Below the pieces are notes generated by a model. It was not told the origin of the DNA. It ran no database searches and was given only the letters and a program-made list of their open reading frames with translations. 64,000 nucleotides of DNA from an uncultured Candidatus Poseidoniales archaeon (lineage in GTDB: Archaea; Thermoplasmatota; Poseidoniia; Poseidoniales; CAYMED01), in the NCBI GenBank assembly GCA_964389655.1, contig CAYMED010000004.1, forward strand, positions 1 through 64,000, read 5' to 3'. How positions within the stretch are numbered: the stretch's first letter is position 1; each line of letters opens with the position of its first letter. Positions 20,006-27,128 of this stretch are shown in pieces. The position numbers were made by a program, and so were the translations under genes.

Positions 20006-21019
20006 ATGACTGAGAGACTCTACCTTGGAATCGATTTAGGCACATACCATTCAGTGATCATGGGAGACAATGATTCAAATGTTCGAATTGAGACTGTTGT
20101 TGGGCGACCAAAAGACCCAATTGCACGAAATTTCTTAGGGCGGGATGTTCTATTTGGAGCAGAGGCATTGAAAAATAAACTTGCTTGTAAAATCTACAGA
20201 CCTCTTCGATCTGGTGTTGCACAAGATGATGAAACAAACCGAGCGGCTGCTCGATCGTTCGTACAGCACTTGATTGAAGAAATTGGACCCGAAGAATATG
20301 ATGAGGTATACGGGGTAATCTGTAGCCCATCAAGCATATCTTTTACAGATAAGAGCAATTTAATGTCTTTCTTAAAGGGACAAGTGAATGCATTGATGGT
20401 TGTTTCAGAACCTTTTGCTGTTGCATTTAGTATGGATGAAATTGGTGGATCAATTATCGTTGATATCGGTTCTGGAAGCACAGATATTGCAAGAATATAT
20501 GGTACCTTCCCAAAAGATGAAGACCAATTAACAATAGAAAATGCAGGAGATAATGTTGATGAATTACTCGCCGATATGATTCGTAAGAAATTTACTGGAG
20601 CACAAGTAACTATTGACATGGTGCGTAAATGGAAAGAAGAAAATTCCTATGTTTTTGAAGATAGCCCCCGTGTTGTGGAAGTCGAATTGGCTGTTGAAGG
20701 AAAAACACAAACTGTTGATATTGGTGATTTAATTATGCAAGCATGTGATTCATTAGCAACACCAATTGTAATTGGGCTAAAAGAAATCATTGCAAATGCA
20801 GATCCTGAATATCAGCCCCTTTTGAGAAATAATATCATCCTTGCAGGAGGAGGTTCACTAATTGAAAATCTCGATAAACGAGTTGCAGCAGAGTTAGCAG
20901 ATATTGGTGACATTACAATTAGTTGTGTTGACGATCCATTCGTACGAGTTGCTGACGGTGCATTGAAGTTGGGTTTAATCATGCCGGATGATCAATTCGT
21001 TGAAGTCCCATCTGATTAA
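20006..21019 (+). CDS. Actin-like ATPase of the MreB/MamK family, MamK-like
   Basis: Phosphate-1 'LGIDLGT', 'VVSEPF', phosphate-2 'VDIGSGSTD', adenosine 'NIILAGGGS'; MamK-like segments 'VVGRPKD', 'GTFPKDEDQLTIENAG', 'PEYQ'; SD-like gaaggtga upstream. Confidence 0.9.
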   Translation: MTERLYLGIDLGTYHSVIMGDNDSNVRIETVVGRPKDPIARNFLGRDVLFGAEALKNKLACKIYRPLRSGVAQDDETNRAAARSFVQHLIEEIGPEEYDEVYGVICSPSSISFTDKSNLMSFLKGQVNALMVVSEPFAVAFSMDEIGGSIIVDIGSGSTDIARIYGTFPKDEDQLTIENAGDNVDELLADMIRKKFTGAQVTIDMVRKWKEENSYVFEDSPRVVEVELAVEGKTQTVDIGDLIMQACDSLATPIVIGLKEIIANADPEYQPLLRNNIILAGGGSLIENLDKRVAAELADIGDITISCVDDPFVRVADGALKLGLIMPDDQFVEVPSD

Positions 21020-21101
21020 TTCTATTGAAACCAACACTCAACGCCCCAATCTTGAGGGGAGGATTGAAAGGCGGTTGAAGGTGCATCCACCTTGATTCGC
21101 T

Positions 21102-22256
21102 ATGAGTGCTGTGGCTCGACCCGATTCTGTCGATGTCTCTACTGCTGGTGAACTAGACAATGCTGAGAAGGCAGCCCTAGCAGGTATGCTTGAAGGATAT
21201 CCAAAAGAACAACTTGTATCTGAAGTTCTTTCTGCTTGGACAGATTTAGGCGGAGCAAATTCAGAATTAGCTGATTTAAAGCAAAGGGTTCGGATGCTTG
21301 AACTTGATCTTGAAGAAAGAGAAGAAGAAGGTGCACCAGACCGTGCTTTGCTTGATCGATCAGAAGCTGAGCGGCGGGACTTAGAAGCGAGAGTTTTGCA
21401 TTTAGAAAGATTACTTGAAGATGCAAGAGCGGAGCGAGAGGCACTCTCAGGCTCTATGACTCAACAACGAATGATTCAACTTGAAACAGATCGAGATCGA
21501 TTGCAGATTCTTTCAGATGAACAACAACAAGTCATTGAAGAAATGGAAAGTCGTTTATCCGAACTAGTTGAAGCATTGCAAAATGCTGCAGATGCTGGCT
21601 TAACATCATTATCTGCTGAACAGGTACGATTTCTTGAAGCTGCATTATCCGATTCAAATACAAGAATAGCAGAACTAGATGAAGAAATGCGATCTACAAA
21701 TTCTGAACGAGACCGTTTGCGAGAGATTACCGAACGATTGAGGACTCTTGTTGAACAAAGGGATGAACGAATTTCTGAACTGGAAACTATTGTAGATGAA
21801 ATTCGTCATGGGCCACGAAGTATTAGTGCAGAACATGACTATTTAGTAGAACAAATTGAAGAATTAAAACGCAGGTTGCTTGAGCGAAATCGAGAATATG
21901 AATCATTAAGGCGGAGAGAGAGAAAACTGCACAAAGATGTATTTGAGCGAGATGAACGATTGGCTCAACTCCAATTAACAATTACTGACTTTGAAGCTGC
22001 TTTACAGGATAGGATGGCTGAACTCAAAGAAATCGAAATTCGTCATGATAAAGCACTGAACGAACTTCAAAGACTCAGAGATGATGCGCGAACTCGTGAT
22101 GTTGTAGATAGAGCATTTATTGACAGCCTTACTGTTCGAAGATCTGCTGAAGAAAAAAATCGATCTGATAATTCTGAAGAAGAAATCACTTCATCTAATG
22201 ATGCGCCAAATTTACCCGGCGGTTATGCTCCGCCAGCCGATTTAGATGATGATTGA
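21102..22256 (+). CDS. Long coiled-coil protein (filament/SMC-rod-like, no ATPase motifs)
   Basis: About 290 aa of E/L/R/Q-rich heptad sequence with short non-helical head and tail; no TM. Confidence 0.75.
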   Translation: MSAVARPDSVDVSTAGELDNAEKAALAGMLEGYPKEQLVSEVLSAWTDLGGANSELADLKQRVRMLELDLEEREEEGAPDRALLDRSEAERRDLEARVLHLERLLEDARAEREALSGSMTQQRMIQLETDRDRLQILSDEQQQVIEEMESRLSELVEALQNAADAGLTSLSAEQVRFLEAALSDSNTRIAELDEEMRSTNSERDRLREITERLRTLVEQRDERISELETIVDEIRHGPRSISAEHDYLVEQIEELKRRLLERNREYESLRRRERKLHKDVFERDERLAQLQLTITDFEAALQDRMAELKEIEIRHDKALNELQRLRDDARTRDVVDRAFIDSLTVRRSAEEKNRSDNSEEEITSSNDAPNLPGGYAPPADLDDD

Positions 22257-23056
22257 ATGGCATCAGAAATCACTTTTACTCGTTTTTGAATTGCTGAAGC
22301 ATTTTCACTTTCTTCAATTACAGTTCCTATGACAATCCAATGTGCTCCTGAATTTGCTGCGGCAAGTGCAGATGTTGAATTAGTAATGCCACCACCTACC
22401 AAAATGGTAAGGCCATCAACATTGGCTGATTTAATCAATTCAGGAGAAACTGGAGTTGGTGATCCACTACCTGCTTCAAGATAGAGAAATTTCATCCCAA
22501 ATCCCTTCGCTGTCAAGGCTAGAGCTCGAATACGCTCAACATCAGAGGGCATAACTAAATCTGCTTCACCAACTTCTCCTGCTTTCATCCCAGGTGCACA
22601 AATTACGTATGCTGTAGGTAATGATTCAATTCCAAATTCTGTGATCAATGGAGCACCAATAATTTGTTCTGAAATAATATATCTAATCGATTTGCTATTC
22701 AAAAGCGACATGAAAAGAACGCCATCCGCTAAGGAGCTTAAAGCATTAGCAGTATTTGGAAATAATAATACAGGTACTCGCCAATAATTCTCATCAGAAG
22801 AAGGATCTTGAGATGCTGCCGAACACATTTCTTCCAAGGAAAGTTGTATCTCTTCAACTGTTCGATCAACTAAACTTACATCGTCAGAAGTTGATCCCCC
22901 AACAAGAATTAATCGGGCGCCACCCATAACTGCTGCAATAGCATTTTTAGCACCTTCATGAGGAAGTTGGCATTCAGGATCAATTAATACAGCAACGCGG
23001 GAAAGAAAAAAATCATCACACATGTAATTAAATATCGAATTGCTATCAAATTTCAT
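22223..23056 (-). CDS. Geranylgeranylglyceryl phosphate synthase (GGGPS/PcrB family)
   Basis: 'LIDP', 'LVGGS', 'ADGVLFMSLLNS', 'YLEAGSG', 'VGGGI', 'IVIGT'. Confidence 0.93.
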   Translation of the reverse strand: MKFDSNSIFNYMCDDFFLSRVAVLIDPECQLPHEGAKNAIAAVMGGARLILVGGSTSDDVSLVDRTVEEIQLSLEEMCSAASQDPSSDENYWRVPVLLFPNTANALSSLADGVLFMSLLNSKSIRYIISEQIIGAPLITEFGIESLPTAYVICAPGMKAGEVGEADLVMPSDVERIRALALTAKGFGMKFLYLEAGSGSPTPVSPELIKSANVDGLTILVGGGITNSTSALAAANSGAHWIVIGTVIEESENASAIQKRVKVISDAIQSSSKSAGGA

Positions 23057-23760
23057 TGTATCTCACCAAAATTAAAATTTTTTGCTAAATTTATTCCATG
23101 ATTAACAGATAATGAAATACTACCTGGAAATTCTCTAGATCGCCATGTTTTCATTTTTTCTAGCCATCCTGAAGTCGGTTCTCTGATTTCTTCCCCAGAT
23201 CTAAACCAAACTTCGCATGTTCCATCTTTTCTATGTATAATAGGAAAAGAAATAGAAATTGGGCATTGAGATTCGAGAACTAGCCCTCCATTCCATTCTA
23301 TAATCATAGGATTTTCAACTAAAGATCGTGCTCTTGCCCCGGGTACTGGAGGTTGAGTTCCTGAAGCATCTATGATTTGATATTGGTCAAGAGAAAGAGG
23401 CAATGGTGTGCCCCTTAATGCTTGATGATGATCTAATTTTTCTAACCAACACTTTGGATATATCCGTCCACCTTTCTGTGTAAATAGTATTGCTAAATTT
23501 TTTTCTACCCATTCTGGTCTCGCACCAGAAATGAAATTCTTTGGGGGATTTTGACTCCAACAAATGTGATCAAGAATTAAATTTTCAGAAAGCCAAGACA
23601 ATCCATTTTTGTTTATACCAATATTTCCTGATCTTCTAATTGGATTGCCAATTTCTTGACGATCATCAATTAATATAACCTCAAATTTCTTTTCAAGTAA
23701 TAAAATTCCAGCTACAAGGCCAGATATGCCACCACCACATATCAAAATCGGTTTATTCAA
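23053..23760 (-). CDS. FAD/NAD(P)-binding protein resembling a shortened geranylgeranyl reductase
   Basis: 'ICGGGISGL' Rossmann motif, 'DRQEIGNP' (GGR-like), 'IIDASG'; lies between ferredoxin and GGGPS. Confidence 0.6.
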   Translation of the reverse strand: MNKPILICGGGISGLVAGILLLEKKFEVILIDDRQEIGNPIRRSGNIGINKNGLSWLSENLILDHICWSQNPPKNFISGARPEWVEKNLAILFTQKGGRIYPKCWLEKLDHHQALRGTPLPLSLDQYQIIDASGTQPPVPGARARSLVENPMIIEWNGGLVLESQCPISISFPIIHRKDGTCEVWFRSGEEIREPTSGWLEKMKTWRSREFPGSISLSVNHGINLAKNFNFGEIQ

Positions 23761-23951
23761 GAATTTATCACCTCATTAATTTCAATTGCTTTAACAGGGC
23801 AACCGGGTAAACATAATTTGCATAAAGTACATTTTTTAATTTCAACTTCTGCTAATTGATTTTTTAAGATTAAAGCATCTACTGGACAGATCATGATGCA
23901 TGCTGCACAACCATAACAAAGATCGGATATGATCTCTAAAATTTCTGTCAT
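23757..23951 (-). CDS. 2x[4Fe-4S] ferredoxin
   Basis: 'CYGCAACIMICP' and 'CTLCKLCLPGCP'. Confidence 0.93.
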   Translation of the reverse strand: MTEILEIISDLCYGCAACIMICPVDALILKNQLAEVEIKKCTLCKLCLPGCPVKAIEINEVINS

Positions 23952-23993
23952 TATTACTACTGAATCGACTCCTATGGATGATTATATCGGACC

Positions 23994-24171
23994 AACCCCT
24001 ACTCTTCCATTGGAAATCAATGAATAATTCTGAATTTCATAATAAAATGATATGATATACTAGAATTCAATGATCATCTATACTGATAGTTCATAATTAT
24101 AGTTACAATTTTTATTTATAATTAATTAAATGATTTTGAGTATTACATTTTCCAATGGAAAAGTAGGGGTT
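23994..24171. other. Probable replication origin (oriC): two inverted ORB elements flanking an AT-rich unwinding element
   Basis: Reverse complement of 23994-24016 (tttccaatggaagagtaggggtt) matches 24149-24171 (tttccaatggaaaagtaggggtt) at 22/23; both fit the ORB pattern TCCA-N2-GGAA..-GGGGT; 132-bp very AT-rich spacer; intergenic between divergent genes. Confidence 0.8.
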
Positions 24172-24221
24172 CCTGATTAATTTGATCCATCGATTCAAGA
24201 GATGTTATTGTTTCCCAATTT

Positions 24222-25523
24222 ATGATGTCAAGTTCACAATACCAAGAGTCCAATATTTCTTATCGATTTTTGGGAGGTGGAGAAGAAATTGGTAATGTTG
24301 GAATTTTATTTGAAAATTCATCTCCTCATCCTCTTTTAATTGATTATGGATTAGCTCCAACTAATCCTCCAAGATATCCAATAACATCTCCAAATGTAAA
24401 AACAGTTATACTAACTCATGTTCATTTGGATCATGTTGGAATGGCCCCTTGGTTGGTTTCTAAATGGAATTCAAATCTTTATTGTACTTCAATCACTGCA
24501 GCATTGTTAGAACGAATGTGGAGAGATACTCTCAAAGTGAGTCAATTAGAAGGATATCCTCTCATTTGGGATATCCGTGATTTAGAAGATGCCTTAGATC
24601 ATCTAAAGATTTTTATTCATGAAGAATGGAATGTTACAGAAAATTGGAAATGGCGATCACATTCAGCAGGACATATTCCTGGTGCATCGATGATTGAAAT
24701 TGATGTGGGGCCTAAAACCATTTTAGTTACTGGAGATTATGATACTAGAGATTCACCAATTACATTTGGAGCTAAATCAATAGAAACAGATGTGCTATTT
24801 ACTGAAGGCACATATGGTGGTCGTGAACATCCATCACGTTTAGTAGAAGAATCTCGCTTTTTAGCGGAGATAGAACGAATAATAGCAAATGGTGGCACAA
24901 TATTAGTTCCCGTTTTCGCGGTTGGTAGAACTCAAGATATTTTGATAATTTTAAATCGACTTTCACCAGAAATAGAAATTCATTTGGATGGAATGGGAAA
25001 ATATGTAACTGAGGTAATGCTTGAACATCCTAGTTTTATCCGTAATCCGCAAGAATTAGAAATGGCATATCGCAGATCTCGAAGAGTTATTTCAAAACAA
25101 GATCGACGAAAAGCAATTGAACGAGCCAATGTAATTGTTTCGACTAGTGGTATGCTAAATGGTGGGCCGGCTCTTTGGTATTTAGATCGTTTAAGAAAAG
25201 ATCCAAGAAATGCCATATTCTTAACAGGTTATCAAGCGCAAGGATCTGGGGGCAGGAACTTAATTGAAAAATCAGAAATAGAAATTTGGAATAAAATAAC
25301 TCCAATTGACCTTTATGTAGACATCTTTGATTTCTCGACACACGCTGGAAATCAAGAAATTATTGATTTTGCATCTGATTCTAAAGCATCTGAAATCATT
25401 ATTTACCATTCAGAACCCCAATTATCTAGACCACAACTTGCATCACAATTACGTGACAATGGCCATGTTGTACATGAACCAATGAATGATTCTGTATATA
25501 GAATAAATCTCGGGCAGGATTGA
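24222..25523 (+). CDS. Metallo-beta-lactamase/beta-CASP ribonuclease (archaeal CPSF-like, no KH domains)
   Basis: 'LGGGEEIG', 'THVHLDHVG', 'AGHIPGA', 'TGD', 'EGTYG', 'FAVGRTQ', 'SGMLNGG', 'FSTHAG'. Confidence 0.9.
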   Translation: MMSSSQYQESNISYRFLGGGEEIGNVGILFENSSPHPLLIDYGLAPTNPPRYPITSPNVKTVILTHVHLDHVGMAPWLVSKWNSNLYCTSITAALLERMWRDTLKVSQLEGYPLIWDIRDLEDALDHLKIFIHEEWNVTENWKWRSHSAGHIPGASMIEIDVGPKTILVTGDYDTRDSPITFGAKSIETDVLFTEGTYGGREHPSRLVEESRFLAEIERIIANGGTILVPVFAVGRTQDILIILNRLSPEIEIHLDGMGKYVTEVMLEHPSFIRNPQELEMAYRRSRRVISKQDRRKAIERANVIVSTSGMLNGGPALWYLDRLRKDPRNAIFLTGYQAQGSGGRNLIEKSEIEIWNKITPIDLYVDIFDFSTHAGNQEIIDFASDSKASEIIIYHSEPQLSRPQLASQLRDNGHVVHEPMNDSVYRINLGQD

Positions 25524-25548
25524 AGCACTCAGGCTGTTTCCCCCATCT

Positions 25549-25857
25549 ATGGCTGGTCGTCCTCCTAGCACTGGGGCCCCCCCCCCTAAGGCTCCTCGAA
25601 AACGAAAAAAGCGTAAAGTCAAATTAACTTTGAAAAGCCGTTCCCTGAAAGAAGATACTTATGTTGACCGAAGAGGTTGGACAACAAATGCAACGAGCCG
25701 CAAGTTAACTGATGATGAAACCCCTAAATCTCAACCAGATTTTATCAAACATCAGTGTACTGGTTGTGGATATGTCCTCAAAGTTCCAAGACCAAAACGA
25801 GATCGCTATGTAGTTGAATGCCCTTCCTGCGAAACAAAAGACGAATTTGGAATATGA
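25549..25857 (+). CDS. Small basic protein with a C-terminal zinc ribbon
   Basis: K/R-rich N-terminus; 'CTGC' and 'CPSC'. Confidence 0.65.
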   Translation: MAGRPPSTGAPPPKAPRKRKKRKVKLTLKSRSLKEDTYVDRRGWTTNATSRKLTDDETPKSQPDFIKHQCTGCGYVLKVPRPKRDRYVVECPSCETKDEFGI

Positions 25858-25878
25858 TGTAATCAGGCCGGTCCTCAA

Positions 25879-27087
25879 ATGGAACAGTGGGTTAATTTGG
25901 CACAAGCCCAAGAAATCTGTCAACAACTTGAGGTATCACCTAAATCAGTAAATCAAGTATCACTGGACGATGCTTATGGTCGTCGCTTAGCATCCCAAAT
26001 TGTGGCAGTTAGGGACGATCCTTCTTTTGATCAAAGTGCAATGGATGGATTTGCAGTAAAGATTTCTGACACAATTAATGCTACTAAAAAAAATCCAATA
26101 CGACTTTCTCTTGTCGGTCAAATTGAAGCGGGTCTTCCAGCATCATTTCCTGAATTATTGGACGGCACAGCAATTAGTATCATGACCGGGGGAGCCGTTC
26201 CTCCAAATGCCGATGGGATTGTAATTGTAGAAGATACAAAAAAAATTGATTCTAATAGCATAGAAATTATGGCACCAGCTCAAAAACACATTAGGCGCAA
26301 AGGTGAAAATTTTTCTTCAGGTTCTTTTCTTGTTACTGCAGGCACTCGCTTATTGCCAGAACATATTGGCTTAATTGCTACTACTGGTTCCACCATGATA
26401 GAATGTTATCAGCAATTAACAATCGCAGTAATTCCTACAGGAAGTGAATTAGTTGAACCCGGATCATCTCCAGAATTTGGTCAAATATATGAGTCAAACG
26501 GCCATGGGATTTCATCTGAAATAATTCATGCAGGACATATTCCCCTTCGATATTCCCCAGTTAAGGATGACATTAATTTGCTACGAAAAGTTTTCGACGA
26601 AGCCTCTTCAAAAGCCGACGTCATCTTGACATCCGGGGGCGTTTCAATGGGCGCTTTTGATTTTGTTAGATCTTTGATTATTGAAGAAGGAGATGCCTTA
26701 TTTTGGAGAATTCGTATGAGGCCGGGCTCGCCTCCAATTGTCGGATGCTGGAATGGAACACCGATTTTTGGATTACCTGGAAATCCAGTATCATGTCATG
26801 TTTTATTTCGAGTTTTAGTCGAACCTTGGCTTTGTTATCAATTTGGATCCTCCTCTTCTGTCCAATTTATCCAAGCCCGTCTTGGGTCTCCAATTCGATC
26901 TCGGCATGATCGTCTTTGTCTTGATCGTGTTATACTAGAAAGAAATGGAGCAGAGATGGTTGCTTATCCAATTCCGCAACAATCATCAAGCCATCTTCGG
27001 GGTTTAGCAATTGCAAATGCTTTGGCATGGATAGATCCCGAATCTTCATCAGATAAGGGAGATATCATTCCTTGTTTTCTTCTATAA
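25879..27087 (+). CDS. moeA: Molybdopterin molybdotransferase MoeA
   Basis: 'SAMDGFA', 'IMTGG', 'TGSEL', 'TSGGVSMG', 'GLPGNPVS'. Confidence 0.95.
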   Translation: MEQWVNLAQAQEICQQLEVSPKSVNQVSLDDAYGRRLASQIVAVRDDPSFDQSAMDGFAVKISDTINATKKNPIRLSLVGQIEAGLPASFPELLDGTAISIMTGGAVPPNADGIVIVEDTKKIDSNSIEIMAPAQKHIRRKGENFSSGSFLVTAGTRLLPEHIGLIATTGSTMIECYQQLTIAVIPTGSELVEPGSSPEFGQIYESNGHGISSEIIHAGHIPLRYSPVKDDINLLRKVFDEASSKADVILTSGGVSMGAFDFVRSLIIEEGDALFWRIRMRPGSPPIVGCWNGTPIFGLPGNPVSCHVLFRVLVEPWLCYQFGSSSSVQFIQARLGSPIRSRHDRLCLDRVILERNGAEMVAYPIPQQSSSHLRGLAIANALAWIDPESSSDKGDIIPCFLL

Positions 27088-27128
27088 ATTGCGATCGTTC
27101 AATAGCCGTCGCTGCTAGGGTCGGTTTC

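Noticed and set aside
20006-22256. Magnetosome gene island suggested by the MamK-like actin
   Set aside because: No mamB/M cation transporters, mamE/P/T cytochromes or feoB nearby. The TPR protein at 40.5 kb is far away and much larger than MamA.
21102-22256. SMC/Rad50 call for this and the 37615-40446 coiled-coil protein
   Set aside because: No Walker A/B, signature, hinge or zinc-hook motif is visible.
23965-23993. Possible Xer/dif site ('ttatatc' arm) beside the left ORB
   Set aside because: No matching inverted left arm at 6-nt spacing.
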